Source: a virus
Virus record (IMG/VR): IMGVR_UViG_3300008954_000003
Span: 95,630-159,629 of that record
Reading direction: 5' to 3' (one strand)
Length of the DNA: 64,000 nucleotides
A model generated the notes under the pieces. The model searched no databases, had not been told where the DNA came from, and saw nothing but the letters and a program-made list of their open reading frames with translations. The stretch's first letter is position 1. Each line of letters opens with the position of its first letter. Both the position numbers and the translations under genes were made by a program. Positions 29,911-40,938 of the stretch are shown piece by piece.

Positions 29911-29939
29911 TTGACAGAGGCCCCTTTCTTTGAGATACT
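29911..29939 (+). promoter_or_regulatory. sigma70 promoter TTGACA-N17-GATACT
   Basis: Consensus -35, TG extension. Confidence 0.65.
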
Positions 29940-29961
29940 GTTCTCACAGGAGAGGATTGTT

Positions 29962-30309
29962 ATGGGATTTATATTTCACAGAGCTGTCGTTGTCACAGGG
30001 TGGGACGACAAGCTTAAAATGGCTCACGAAGCTGCCTTAAAAACATTTAAAAACACATGTGTTTCAAATATCGTTGCGAGTGTATCAAACGGATATGCCT
30101 CATTTTTCATTGCGCCAGATGGCAGCAAAGAAGGGTGGGAAACAAGTAGTGAGTATGATGACATGGCACAGGCTTTTGCAAGGCTGATGACGACTGAGCC
30201 TTGGGGTCCATATTGTGATTGGATATTTATTCGTTATGGAGAGGGTGAACCATATATTGAAGCTTCGAACGGTACAGGTAGTTTGTTTGATGAAGGGAGG
30301 TTATGGTGA
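29962..30309 (+). CDS. Conserved phage hypothetical protein
   Basis: H.AVVVT, NGYASFFIAPDGSKEGWETS. Confidence 0.65.
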   Translation: MGFIFHRAVVVTGWDDKLKMAHEAALKTFKNTCVSNIVASVSNGYASFFIAPDGSKEGWETSSEYDDMAQAFARLMTTEPWGPYCDWIFIRYGEGEPYIEASNGTGSLFDEGRLW

Positions 30310-30354
30310 AAAAACTCAATTCGGGCAACTCACGACCAACTCTGGGGAAATAAA

Positions 30355-31089
30355 ATGACTGATTTAAACAAACCAATTTTCCTATATAACGACGACATCG
30401 GTTCGGTGTCTTATGTCCAGCACATGGGAAACGACAAGATGGCAGTCAACGCTGCTCGCGTGTCCTTTGGGCAAGACAACAACAAGCCGTTGACAAAGAA
30501 AGACAAAAAACTGATTAAGTATCTGCTTGAACACAAACATACATCACCGTTTGAACATTCAACAATCACGTTTAAGTTTGTTGTTCCTTTATTTGTGAGG
30601 TCACAGCATCACAGACATAGAACCTGGGCATACAATGAGATTTCCAGACGTTACACAGAGAAAGATATAAAGTTCTATGAACCCGATATGTTCAGAACAC
30701 AACACGAATCAAACAGACAAGCAAGCATCGAGGGTGAGCCAATAAACCCAGGCATAACAGGCAAAGAAGGCCCATCAGGGTTTTGTTGGTCAGGTTTTAG
30801 AGCGGACCTTGGGATGCAAATATTCAACCAGGGAGCTTTGCAGTTTTATGAGGCTCTGTTGCGAGAAGGTGTCTGCCGCGAACAAGCACGAATGGTGCTA
30901 CCTCAGAGCATGTATACTGAATATTATGGTACGGTTAGTTTGCACAACCTGTTGAAGTTCATTGAGCTTCGGACACACGAAGGAGCCCAGTGGGAAATTG
31001 TTAAGGTAGCAGAGGCATTATTGGAAATTGCCACAGATTTATGGCCGGAAGTAATTTCGGCATGGAAGGAAATAAAAGATGAACGGTAA
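30355..31089 (+). CDS. thyX: Flavin-dependent thymidylate synthase
   Basis: AARVS, H.SPFEH, RHR-x7-S (RHRTWAYNEISRRY), REQARMVLP, AQWEI. Confidence 0.97.
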   Translation: MTDLNKPIFLYNDDIGSVSYVQHMGNDKMAVNAARVSFGQDNNKPLTKKDKKLIKYLLEHKHTSPFEHSTITFKFVVPLFVRSQHHRHRTWAYNEISRRYTEKDIKFYEPDMFRTQHESNRQASIEGEPINPGITGKEGPSGFCWSGFRADLGMQIFNQGALQFYEALLREGVCREQARMVLPQSMYTEYYGTVSLHNLLKFIELRTHEGAQWEIVKVAEALLEIATDLWPEVISAWKEIKDER

Positions 31090-33288
31090 GTGGTTGTTGT
31101 TGGCTTGGTGCAAATATTACCCAGCAGGGGGATTGAACAATATACGCGGTGTTTTTGACACAGAAGAAGAAGCAGATAGTGTTGCTAGTAAATTAAGAGC
31201 GCAAAAACACGGCTTTGATTATGTTGAGGTTCTTCCGATTGAAGAAATATTAATGAACGCTAGTGACTGGAAGAGTTGGTTGGAATGAAAAGCCCATGGA
31301 AAACAGAATTTCGTTGTCGAGGGTGTCGTAAGCCTATAAGCTTTTACACAATGATGTATTCTCATGGAACTTGTCCTATGTGCGGACGCACTTGCAGAAG
31401 CACAGTGTGCGAGACTTATTCTGTGGCGTTTCGCTTTGTTAAGACAGGGCCATGGTGGAAGATTTGGTCTTGGGAGAAGGAGTTTAAGAATGATCGAAAA
31501 CGATAATGGTATTACAATCGGAGAACTTAAAAAGTTTTTAGAACAATTTCCTGATGATGGCGAAGTTTGGGTTGTAACAAAACATTTAGGTGGCGGCTGT
31601 GGTCTTACAAACGTTTCTGTAAAAGTAAGCAGGCTAAATAAAGGCGATGTATTGGTAGAAACAAGAGAGAAATTAGAAGGAGTTGAAAATGATTAAAAAT
31701 CCTGTAAATCAAAAAAGAGTGCGTGTTATAAAAGAACATTGTGAAGGACGTTTTAAGGTGGGCATGGAAGGACTTTGTACGGCAGACCTTCTTTATGAGT
31801 CTCAATATCAAGAAGATACTTTTGCCGTATGGTTTGATGAAAAGGTGCGTGATGTGAGTTTTCATACATTCCAGCAAATGAATGCTAGGGAATATTACGA
31901 GGTGATTGATGAATAAGTGTAATTATTGTGATTTTAATTACAGTGATATTGATGAACTTGGAGTACACTTAAACGCCAAACATTTTAAATGTATGTGTGG
32001 AACTGTATTTGATATCGATGAGTTTGGTGACGATTTGATTATTTGCAAGCAGTGCAGAAGCAGAAGAGAGAAGAAGAAAGTGGGTGATAGAGTGAAAGAT
32101 GGCCTCATTAATAGAGGTTACGGAACGGTCATAAAAAGAGAACCACTCAATATTGAACCACTGGGCCACTTCTTGGTAACTGTCAAATGGGACGACTCAA
32201 TTGCTGACAGCCCATTTCCAGGCTATGATGATAATACATCAGAAGAATGTGAAGACGATTTGGAGCTAATTGATGACAAAATATAATCCCGAAATCGGAA
32301 AGTCATATAAAGTTGTGGCAAAAGAAAGAGGTGGAAGCCTTCGTATTGAAAAAGAAGTTTTTGTCTATGAAATGAAAGAACAACTTTACTGTACAGGGCC
32401 GACCACACCAATGATTGCACATCACTTTAACACACCGTTAACGTTGTTTGACTTAGAAGAGGGGTTTAAGGGCTCTATAGATTATTATCCTTTTGGTGAT
32501 TATTGGTGGGTAACAGATAGAGAATATCCTGGAAAACATTTTGAACTTGAAGGGCTGGAGGAATTGTGAAAAAGATTTGGAATTGGTTGATTTATGAGGA
32601 AAACTTGATGTGGCTCTTCATATCCCTAGTGGTTATTGTAATGGTAATGGTAATGGGGATGAGGGAAGCGTTTGTTCAAGATAAAATCGTTGAAATGAAA
32701 ATAAACCAATGCATCAAACAATGCCTCCCGTATAAATCAGAATTGTATAGAGGGTATTGTTATTGCGATAAGACCAGGGAGGTTTTGAATGATAATTGAT
32801 AATGTTATATTTGCATTGATTTGTGTTGCGGTTGCTGGATTGCTTTATATAAGCCTTCGCGATGGTGACGATTTTTAGCTGTGGTAAGAAGACGCCAAGC
32901 AAAAATGGTGTGAAAGACAGAGTAATTTGGAATATATGAGTAATTTAATTTTAGAATAAAAGATATAGAATCATAGCATAACCATGGAGGGTTTTGTTAT
33001 GGACATGTCAGTTATGTCGGAATTGTTTTTGAGCGTGTTGATTTTTGCACCCGGTGCAGTATTGCTCGGAGCAACAGGTTTTGTTGGTGTATTGATTCTG
33101 CTTGAAAAGATGGGGGTTTTAGGAAAATGAAAGATGAGAGCTGGTTTGATTTTATAAAGTTTTTTGTTATGTTGGGGGTGACGGTGTTTGTTTTGATTCA
33201 AATATCAAGAAGCTGCAATAACCCAAGGGGCTATTCTGTAGAATCAGATAAAACAGAAATTGAAATGAAGTACGCTGTACCAAGATAA
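31079..33288 (+). other. Cluster of ~10 small, tightly coupled hypothetical ORFs
   Basis: 31079-31288, 31285-31506, 31490-31696, 31689-31916, 31909-32286, 32273-32569, 32566-32799 and shorter membrane peptides, mostly overlapping with RBSs. Confidence 0.6.
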
Positions 33289-33298
33289 GGAGGGAAAA

Positions 33299-33769
33299 GT
33301 GAACAAAATAGAAGGGACAAATATTTGGCTCGGAGATATCGATGATGCAGAGAACATTGCTGCTCTCGATGAAAACAAAATTGATGTGGTTGTAAACATG
33401 GCAAAGGGTTTATATCCACCAGTATATCGTAATCAAGAAATGATTATGTTTGGAATGTATGATGATGGTCAAGCAGAAGACTTGACATATTACCTTGCCG
33501 CAAGGACAGTCCTTGAACTGAACAAGGCTGGAAAGAACATTTTGCTTCATTGCTATGCGGGTGCTTCACGCACAGCAGCAATTGCAACCATCGTGTCCAC
33601 AGTCCTGTTTAAATTTGATGGAACTCTATACGATCAAATCAAAAAAGCGTATGATCTGGTGTGTGATTCAAGGTATGAATGCACATACATGCTTAGGCGG
33701 CATGTCAACCATTTCGTTCCTGTTTTGAAGAGATTGTTTGAGGAAAACTCAATTGATATTCAACTATGA
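33299..33769 (+). CDS. Dual-specificity/tyrosine protein phosphatase
   Basis: IWLG, HCYAGASR (CX5R). Confidence 0.9.
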   Translation: MNKIEGTNIWLGDIDDAENIAALDENKIDVVVNMAKGLYPPVYRNQEMIMFGMYDDGQAEDLTYYLAARTVLELNKAGKNILLHCYAGASRTAAIATIVSTVLFKFDGTLYDQIKKAYDLVCDSRYECTYMLRRHVNHFVPVLKRLFEENSIDIQL

Positions 33770-34604
33770 TAAGTTGGTTGTGGGTTCAACGCTGTCAGCG
33801 TTGTTGTACTCTTATATAAATCATGTGCCGGTGGTGTTTGTTGAGAAGGCAGCGCCGCTGGCACATGATTTATTTGAAGAAAGAGTCGACCTTTCATACT
33901 TTAAGTTGAAATGTGATGAGGTCAAGATATTATCACCAACATGTGAAACCATAAAATACAGTGGAAAACAATGTCTGTTTGACCACCTTGCATACTGTCT
34001 GAGCCTTGCAGGGCTCATTCCCTTCTCAACAAACTTAACAGGAATTCGCCTTGACTCTGACAACACCATCAGGGTGTCGACAAGAACATGTTCGTACACT
34101 GTTGGATTCAATGAGCTTTTGATATTCAACAGGCACGACATATCAGGATTACCTGTTACCGAACGAAAAAAGAAAAAACCCCTCATTCTTGATTTCATGA
34201 GGGTCGAATATATAAAGAAAACAAACCCATATCAATTATGGGAAACAGATGAAGACTTCCTGAAAAGAATATGGTTCATGGAATATGGCAAAGCCGTGGG
34301 GGAATCGTATTTAACAGAGAAACAGTCACAGTCTTTTGATTATTCAAATTTTTATATCAAAAAGAAGTTGCGTTATGTTGCAGATGAACTGAGCATAAAA
34401 TCTCATTTCGCAAAGAAGAGAGCAACCTTTATTCCCGAAGAGCGGAAAATTATAAACAGAGATGAGGAAACCTTTGACCTTCCAGAGAATATAAGCTTTC
34501 CCCTTCTTAAAGAGGAGACACTATGCCAGCTTTCACCCTTGCAGGAATCATTCCTTTCGAGAATCGCAAAAAACAATTTGGATTCCCTTGGAATGATGCC
34601 CTGA
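33753..34604 (+). CDS. Hypothetical protein with degenerate dinucleotide-binding N-terminus
   Basis: YDKLVVGSTLSAL..Y...VPVVFVEK resembles FAD Rossmann beta-alpha-beta but lacks GxGxxG. Confidence 0.45.
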   Translation: MIFNYDKLVVGSTLSALLYSYINHVPVVFVEKAAPLAHDLFEERVDLSYFKLKCDEVKILSPTCETIKYSGKQCLFDHLAYCLSLAGLIPFSTNLTGIRLDSDNTIRVSTRTCSYTVGFNELLIFNRHDISGLPVTERKKKKPLILDFMRVEYIKKTNPYQLWETDEDFLKRIWFMEYGKAVGESYLTEKQSQSFDYSNFYIKKKLRYVADELSIKSHFAKKRATFIPEERKIINRDEETFDLPENISFPLLKEETLCQLSPLQESFLSRIAKNNLDSLGMMP

Positions 34605-35392
34605 TTCCAATTGATTATGGCTTGACAGCTTTGCATGGCTCTCTTATGGAGTGTGCCAAGGTTGGCTGTTCAAGTATTTGGATAACAGTTGACCCTGAGA
34701 ACGCGGCGCTTGTTCAAAAACTGACAGGTGAGTATATGCTTGATCCTTCAAGCATTTTGAAGAGGGGGAGGTGGGCACTCGATCCAGCTTCATTTTTTCT
34801 ATATATTCCAATCTTTTTGGTTCCCACGCAGGCAAGAGATATGGGGATTCGTGATTGTTTTGGAATGTCAATCATTACGGCAGCCCACGCTGCAAAGCAT
34901 GTGAACAGTTCACTGAGCAAACACTTTCAACCAGACAGATTTTATGTTTCTTTTCCACAAGGGATATACGATGTCAACGAACTCAACCATCACCGTGTTC
35001 ACTTGAAAACCAGCAAAAGTTTTTGTATAAAGTATGAAGGAAAGACTGTCAAAGATAATTTGCTGCTCGGTTTCACAGCAACACCGGAAGAGTTGCGAGA
35101 GTGTGAAAAACACGTTCGAAAAGTGAGCACTATTAAAGTTTTTAAAGCTGAAGACGGGACCATAAAGAGGTTGCCGATTTCCGAAAGGTATTCGGGTAGA
35201 TATTTCGACTTGAGTGAAGTCTTAAAACATGTCATACTAGATGAAGGTCACGAATACGAAGTCGATTGGTACTACAACATTGATAACTGGGAGGGGTACA
35301 GGGATTACCTCACATCAGGCAACAAGATGATTGTAGATGAAAAGCTGTTCCGAAAGGGACCATTAGCAAAAATAGGAGGGCAGGATGATTAG
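34523..35392 (+). CDS. Divergent NTP-transferase (sugar-nucleotidyltransferase-like) fold protein
   Basis: LAGIIP, PW..ALIPI, ECAKVGCSSIWI, C-terminal WYYNIDNWEGY. Confidence 0.5.
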   Translation: MPAFTLAGIIPFENRKKQFGFPWNDALIPIDYGLTALHGSLMECAKVGCSSIWITVDPENAALVQKLTGEYMLDPSSILKRGRWALDPASFFLYIPIFLVPTQARDMGIRDCFGMSIITAAHAAKHVNSSLSKHFQPDRFYVSFPQGIYDVNELNHHRVHLKTSKSFCIKYEGKTVKDNLLLGFTATPEELRECEKHVRKVSTIKVFKAEDGTIKRLPISERYSGRYFDLSEVLKHVILDEGHEYEVDWYYNIDNWEGYRDYLTSGNKMIVDEKLFRKGPLAKIGGQDD

Positions 35393-35654
35393 AAGAGAAC
35401 ATGAGGATTATTCATCAACAGAGGATGTATATGATAACATTGAGGGATCCTTTGAATTGAAGAAGAGAGTAGGATTTCCAGAATATTACATGAATTTATC
35501 ACCGGAACAAAAGGAGTTTGTCGATATCTTAATTGGCGAGAAGCCTTCTTTGTTGCAAAAGGTGGTTGAACTCGGATACAGACTTCTGGACAAAGAAGAC
35601 GAACTTGAAGAACATAAAAACAGATTGCATCAGGAGGGAATATATGACATCTGA
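35385..35654 (+). CDS. Hypothetical protein
   Basis: Coupled ORF with GGAGG RBS. Confidence 0.5.
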   Translation: MIRREHEDYSSTEDVYDNIEGSFELKKRVGFPEYYMNLSPEQKEFVDILIGEKPSLLQKVVELGYRLLDKEDELEEHKNRLHQEGIYDI

Positions 35655-38600
35655 AATACCATTCGTTGGATTGCACGCACACAGTGTGCTAAGTGTGTTC
35701 GATGCTCTAGGCTATCCAGCAGAGCATATGGACTTCGCTTATGAAAATGGCTGTGATGCCATGGCCATAACAGATCATGGGAACATGAATGCTTTATCAT
35801 ATCAGGTTCTCCATGCAAAGAAAATGAATGCGGAAGGAAAGACATTCAAGCCAATCTATGGTATTGAAGCTTATTTCCTTGACTCAATTGCTCTTTGGGC
35901 TCTTGACTATGCAGAATATCAAAAGAAGAATAAGAGAAAGAAAAAGGAAGAGGTCGGTCTTGTCATTGAAGATGAGCAGGCAACAAAAAAGAAAGAGAAG
36001 CTCACAATCAATCGAAGAGCCCATCTTGTTATATTGGCACAGAATGAAACGGGTCTGAAGAACTTGTTCAAACTTATCTCTCTGTCGTATAAGCCTGGAA
36101 AGTTTTATCGTTATCCTCGTATGGATTTTGCCATGCTCGCTAGATACTCGGAGGGGCTGATTGTCTCATCTGCTTGTATGGGTGGGCCATTGGCGAAGTG
36201 TTATTGGCGTAATAAGGAGAAGGGGCATGATTTTATACAAGACTCAATGGTCGAAACCATTGAAAAATTTAAAGGGATCTTTGGTGATCGATTTTACGGT
36301 GAGGTGCAATGGAACAGCATCCCAGAACAACACGAAATCAACCAACATATTATTGAAGCGTGTGGCAAAACAGATTGCGAAATTATCTCAACAGCAGATA
36401 GTCACTATCCTTCACCAGATAAGTGGAAAGACAGAGAGTTATATAAAAGATTAGGGTGGCTCGGTAAGTCAAAAGAACAACAGCCGCTTCCTGAAGAAAC
36501 CCTATACGAACTGTATCCTAAGAATGGTGATCAGATGTACGAGTCTTATCAGAGGCATTCTGAGAAGTGTGGGTTCACTTACGATGATGACTTCATCAAA
36601 GAGACAATCACACGGACATACGATATCGCCCACAATAGAATTGAAACGTTCTATCCTGATGATTCAATCAAACTGCCGAGTTTCATTGTTCCAGAAGGAG
36701 AATCGGCAATTGATAGATTGCGTTCTTTTTGTGAGCAGGGGATGAAAGACAAGGGGTTCTCTAATAAGCCCAAGTACGTTTCACAGCTTGAAGAAGAATT
36801 ATCTGTTATTGATAGCAGAAACTTTGGAGAGTACTTCCTAACAATGAAAGAAATTTCCGACAACATTTCAAGTGTTCAGCTTGTGGGTGCGGGAAGAGGA
36901 AGTGCGGCAGGTTCTCTTGTTTCATATGTGCTTGGAATTACACAGGTCGATCCCTTGAAGTATGGCTTGTTGTTCAGCAGGTTTCTTAGAAAGGATGCGA
37001 AGGATTACCCTGATATCGATTATGATTGTTCAGATCCAATGTCAGCAAAGAAGCACCTTGCAGAGCTGTGGGGTGAGAACTGTGTTGTTCCAATTTCAAA
37101 CTTCAACACATTGAAGTTGCGAAGCTTGGTCAAGGACATTTCAAAGTTCTATGGCATCAACTATTCAGAGGTTAACAGAGTTACTTCTGTGATGAACAAA
37201 GAGGCCACAGCACCAGCAAAGAAAGATAGAGGAATCTCTGCCGGTGCATACACGCCCACATTTGAAGAACTTTTGAAGTATTCGAGTTCTTTAAGGCAGT
37301 TCTTGAGGAAGTATCCCGAGGTTGAGACACACATTAAGTCTCTTCATGGACAGGTGCGTTCTGTTTCAAGACATGCAGGGGGGATTCTTGTTGCTGATGA
37401 TCTTGATGAGAAGATGCCGCTCATTAATAGTGGCGGAACACAACAAACTCCATGGACAGAGGGTCAAAACGTAAGACACCTTGAACCATTGGGTTTTATT
37501 AAGTTTGATATCCTTGGTCTTGCAACGTTGGCAATGATTGAGGCTTGTGTTGCACGAATTTTGAAGAGGCACCACGGCATCAAAGAACCAACTTTTGAAG
37601 ACATCAAAGAATATTATATGAAGACTCTTCACCCTGATGTGATCGATCTTAAAGATCAAAGCGTTTATAAAAACATTTTTCACAAGGGGAAGTGGGCAGG
37701 GGTGTTCCAGTTCACTGAGAAGGGGGCACAGGATTTTTGTTCAAGGGCAAAGCCTCGTTCAATCAATGATTTGTCTGCGATCACAGCAATTTATAGGCCC
37801 GGTCCTTTGTCAGCGAATGTGCATGAACAATATATCGATGCAAAGAACAACGTCAAACATGTTCACTACATCAACAATATTGTGAAGAAGGAGACAAAAG
37901 AAACTCTCGGTTTCCTTGTCTTTCAGGAGCAAATTGCTTTGCTTGCTCACAAACTTGGTGGGCTTACTTTGGATGAGGGAAACCTCTTGAGAAAGTTGTT
38001 GATTAAGAAGGGCACAGGAGAGCAGGCGCAAAAGAAGCTCAAGCTTTACAACAAGTTTCTTGATGGCTGTGAAGAAAACAAGATGTCAAGAGACGCAGCA
38101 GATAAGCTGTGGAAAAAGTTTGAGTTCTTCAACGCTTATGGTTTCAACAAGAGCCATGCGGTGAGCTACTGTCTTTTGAGTTACCAGTGTGCATGGTTGT
38201 TGAATTATTTCCAAGATGAATGGGTTGCCTCTTTCCTTGACAAAGAGCCTGAATCAAGAAAAGAGCAGGCAATCAACATCGCAAAGAGTTTGGGGTATAC
38301 AATTTTACCACCCAACATCAATAAGTCTGGGCGTGATTGGGAAATTGCAGCCAACAGAACTCTCTTGTTGCCGTTGAGTTATATCAAGGGCTTGGGAGAC
38401 AAAGCTGTAGCTCAGATTGAAGCTAATCGCCCGTTTAATACAGTTGAGGAACTCATCTTCAACAAGAACATTGTTTATTCAAAGCTCAACAAAAAATGCC
38501 TTGACGTTTTGATTAGAACAAGAGCTGTTGATGAGCTTGTGGACGATAGGTTCACAGGATTGAAACATTTTTGGACAGCCGTTGCGGTTGATCGTCCCAA

Positions 38601-39030
38601 GACTGCAAAAAAGTTTGCCAAAAATATTGAAACATACGCCCCGGAAGGGGGCTTCACAAAGGAAGAATTATTTCAATATCAAGTGTCGTTGACGGGGCTG
38701 TACCCTCTTGATTCTGTTATACTTCCAGAGATAAGAGCAGAGCTTAAAAAGTATTGTATCCCCCCTGTGGGGAGTTGGGATGAGGCGATTGGAATTGCTT
38801 GGTTTGTTCCAAGAGAAGTTGTTCAAAAGAAAACTTCAAACGGAAGAGACTATTGGATTGTCAAAGTTGTTGATGAGACAAGCAAACAAACGGAAATCAA
38901 ATGTTGGGGAGTAAACCCTGAAAAGGATAGGATTCAACTTGATCGTCCGTATGTTGCGAAGCTTGACCACAGTGACGTGTGGGGTTTCTCTTCAAGACAA
39001 TTTACAAAGACCTGGAGGTTGCTTGGATAA
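35644..39030 (+). CDS. dnaE: DNA polymerase III alpha subunit (family C)
   Basis: PHP (LHAHS, TDHG, DSH), GRGSAAGSLV, PDID.D, HAGG, KFDILGL, FQEQ, YGFNKSH, OB fold; no intein. Confidence 0.97.
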   Translation: MTSEIPFVGLHAHSVLSVFDALGYPAEHMDFAYENGCDAMAITDHGNMNALSYQVLHAKKMNAEGKTFKPIYGIEAYFLDSIALWALDYAEYQKKNKRKKKEEVGLVIEDEQATKKKEKLTINRRAHLVILAQNETGLKNLFKLISLSYKPGKFYRYPRMDFAMLARYSEGLIVSSACMGGPLAKCYWRNKEKGHDFIQDSMVETIEKFKGIFGDRFYGEVQWNSIPEQHEINQHIIEACGKTDCEIISTADSHYPSPDKWKDRELYKRLGWLGKSKEQQPLPEETLYELYPKNGDQMYESYQRHSEKCGFTYDDDFIKETITRTYDIAHNRIETFYPDDSIKLPSFIVPEGESAIDRLRSFCEQGMKDKGFSNKPKYVSQLEEELSVIDSRNFGEYFLTMKEISDNISSVQLVGAGRGSAAGSLVSYVLGITQVDPLKYGLLFSRFLRKDAKDYPDIDYDCSDPMSAKKHLAELWGENCVVPISNFNTLKLRSLVKDISKFYGINYSEVNRVTSVMNKEATAPAKKDRGISAGAYTPTFEELLKYSSSLRQFLRKYPEVETHIKSLHGQVRSVSRHAGGILVADDLDEKMPLINSGGTQQTPWTEGQNVRHLEPLGFIKFDILGLATLAMIEACVARILKRHHGIKEPTFEDIKEYYMKTLHPDVIDLKDQSVYKNIFHKGKWAGVFQFTEKGAQDFCSRAKPRSINDLSAITAIYRPGPLSANVHEQYIDAKNNVKHVHYINNIVKKETKETLGFLVFQEQIALLAHKLGGLTLDEGNLLRKLLIKKGTGEQAQKKLKLYNKFLDGCEENKMSRDAADKLWKKFEFFNAYGFNKSHAVSYCLLSYQCAWLLNYFQDEWVASFLDKEPESRKEQAINIAKSLGYTILPPNINKSGRDWEIAANRTLLLPLSYIKGLGDKAVAQIEANRPFNTVEELIFNKNIVYSKLNKKCLDVLIRTRAVDELVDDRFTGLKHFWTAVAVDRPKTAKKFAKNIETYAPEGGFTKEELFQYQVSLTGLYPLDSVILPEIRAELKKYCIPPVGSWDEAIGIAWFVPREVVQKKTSNGRDYWIVKVVDETSKQTEIKCWGVNPEKDRIQLDRPYVAKLDHSDVWGFSSRQFTKTWRLLG

Positions 39031-39047
39031 GATAGGCATGTTGGGCA

Positions 39048-39086
39048 CTAATTATGATGCACTTTGAATATTTCAATACTATTTAT
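39048..39086 (+). promoter_or_regulatory. Tandem late promoter motifs CTAATTAT (39048) and CTATTTAT (39079)
   Basis: Recurrent motif, two copies. Confidence 0.6.
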
Positions 39087-39115
39087 AATAGTTAATCGTA
39101 GGAGAGTACTTTAAC

Positions 39116-39925
39116 ATGCCTAGTCCAAGAAAACGAAGAATTCGCAAGAGAATCATTGGAGATCGTTTATTTTTATCTTCAAGTTTAAGTTCATCAGTGG
39201 CAATCACCGATGATCAAAACCTTTTTAAGCTTGCCATGTATGGTAGCGGAGGTGTCAAAAACACATTCAAAGATGGGAGCACAACCCTTCTGTCTGACGC
39301 CGTTTCTGATGAAACGGGTTTGTGGTCAAGTGGCTCTGGTAACTTTTCAACAGGGGAAACAACAGATTTAGATGTGACTGGCGAAACAGTGAGACACTAC
39401 TGGATGCCAAGACCAAAAGCTGGTTTATGGACAGCAGACATTTCTGGTTCTGCAACATCACCATTGGCGATTATCTACAGTTGGAATGGGCCGCAGGCAA
39501 GAATGAATGCGCGCTACTACTTCACAGGTTCAGAAGCGGGCTCTGATGAGCAAGTAGGACGTGCAGGAACTTCATCGATTAGTTTCGCAAAAGATGCATT
39601 AACCTCATCAGTTGACGATACCCAACAGTTGTTGTGGTTGTATTACTCTGGTCGGATTCCCGAGGGTGATCGCATTGATGTCTATACAGGGTCAAGTGAT
39701 TTGGATAGATCAAGCTTTGTGACTGCAAGCCTTTCAGGTTCAGGGAACTACCTGTCAGGGAACCTTTACATCCCAACAGAAAGTATTGGTGACACCTTGC
39801 ACATCGTGTTTAGTGCGTCCGCAACAACAACAAGTGCTTGGAAAGAGGGCTTCTTCATTTACTTGACAAGCTCAGACTCCCTTGAGCCAAACGCTCGTAC
39901 AGGTTCTTGGAACGAATACGCATAA
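39116..39925 (+). CDS. Late, Ser/Gly/Thr-rich probable virion protein
   Basis: Late motifs; basic N-terminus PSPRKRRIRKR; beta-rich composition. Confidence 0.55.
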   Translation: MPSPRKRRIRKRIIGDRLFLSSSLSSSVAITDDQNLFKLAMYGSGGVKNTFKDGSTTLLSDAVSDETGLWSSGSGNFSTGETTDLDVTGETVRHYWMPRPKAGLWTADISGSATSPLAIIYSWNGPQARMNARYYFTGSEAGSDEQVGRAGTSSISFAKDALTSSVDDTQQLLWLYYSGRIPEGDRIDVYTGSSDLDRSSFVTASLSGSGNYLSGNLYIPTESIGDTLHIVFSASATTTSAWKEGFFIYLTSSDSLEPNARTGSWNEYA

Positions 39926-39930
39926 CAGTG

Positions 39931-39959
39931 TTGACAAATAATAAGACCTCCCGTATAAT
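39931..39959 (+). promoter_or_regulatory. Consensus sigma70 promoter TTGACA-N17-TATAAT
   Basis: Perfect consensus. Confidence 0.9.
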
Positions 39960-39985
39960 GGACGAAATTATACGGGAGGTTTTTT
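39946..39985 (+). terminator. Intrinsic terminator overlapping the -10 and dut RBS
   Basis: ACCTCCCGTATAAT-GGACGAA-ATTATACGGGAGGT-TTTTT. Confidence 0.75.
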
Positions 39986-40447
39986 ATGATTTTGAGATAT
40001 AACAAGGTTCGTGCTTGGGCGAAGCCGCCGCAGAGAGCGAACCCATCTGATGCAGGAGCCGATTTGTTTTATTGTCCGGTTGGTGGCGACAGCAGTGGCG
40101 TTGTTATCGGTGAAGGAAAGAGTGTTCTTATCCCAACAGGTTTAAAGATCGAAGTCCCACATGGATATATGCTTGAAATAAAGAACAAGTCAGGTATCGC
40201 TTCAAGGAAGAAGCTTGTCGTTGGAGCGTGTGTCGTTGACTCTGGATACAATGGAGAAGTCTTTGTTAACCTTCACAACATTGGGAATGAACCTCAAAAA
40301 ATTCGCAATGGAGAAAAGGTTGCACAAGCAGTGCTGATCCCTGTTGTTCATTGTAGATTTGTTGAAAGTCATGCTGAACTATATGCTGAACCGGGTGTTA
40401 CAATTTCAAATAGAGGTGACGGTGCCTTGGGGAGTACAGGTAAATGA
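39986..40447 (+). CDS. dut: Trimeric dUTPase
   Basis: DAGADL, KSG, VVDSGYNGE, AQ, RGDGALGSTG. Confidence 0.95.
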   Translation: MILRYNKVRAWAKPPQRANPSDAGADLFYCPVGGDSSGVVIGEGKSVLIPTGLKIEVPHGYMLEIKNKSGIASRKKLVVGACVVDSGYNGEVFVNLHNIGNEPQKIRNGEKVAQAVLIPVVHCRFVESHAELYAEPGVTISNRGDGALGSTGK

Positions 40448-40938
40448 TGGAAAACACTGAAAGAGCACAATTGAACAGGTTTGCTGTTCATTTTTCAAGT
40501 GATAGCGAAGAGTGGGAAACGCCACAAGCATTCTTTGATAAGTTGCACAAAAAATTCGACTTTACATTGGACCCATGCGCCTCAGAACAGAATTATAAAT
40601 GCAATTATTATTTTACAGAAAAAGATGAAGGTCTTAAGTTGTCTTGGAAGGGGCATAGAGTGTTTATGAACCCGCCATATGGTCGGGAAATCGGTAAGTG
40701 GATAAAGAAAGCGTATGAAGAGTCCAAGCAGTCAAACACCTTGGTGGTTGCGCTGATACCGGCGAGAACAGACACAGTATATTGGCACGACTATGTTATG
40801 AAATCGAGTTGTATTTATTTCATCAAAGGCAGGTTGAAATTTGGCCAGTCAAAGAACAGCGCCCCGTTTCCATCTGCCGTTGTTGTCTTTAATGGCTATA
40901 CAAATACGCCCGTTGTTACCACTATGGAAAGATCATGA
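40444..40938 (+). CDS. Phage DNA N6-adenine methyltransferase
   Basis: WETPQ, LDPCA, NPPYG, PARTDT, GRLKF, APFPS. Confidence 0.93.
   Translation: MMENTERAQLNRFAVHFSSDSEEWETPQAFFDKLHKKFDFTLDPCASEQNYKCNYYFTEKDEGLKLSWKGHRVFMNPPYGREIGKWIKKAYEESKQSNTLVVALIPARTDTVYWHDYVMKSSCIYFIKGRLKFGQSKNSAPFPSAVVVFNGYTNTPVVTTMERS

Noticed and set aside
25745-39030. Inteins or introns in nrdJ, thyX and dnaE
   Set aside because: Lengths and motif spacing are continuous; no splice motifs or homing endonucleases.
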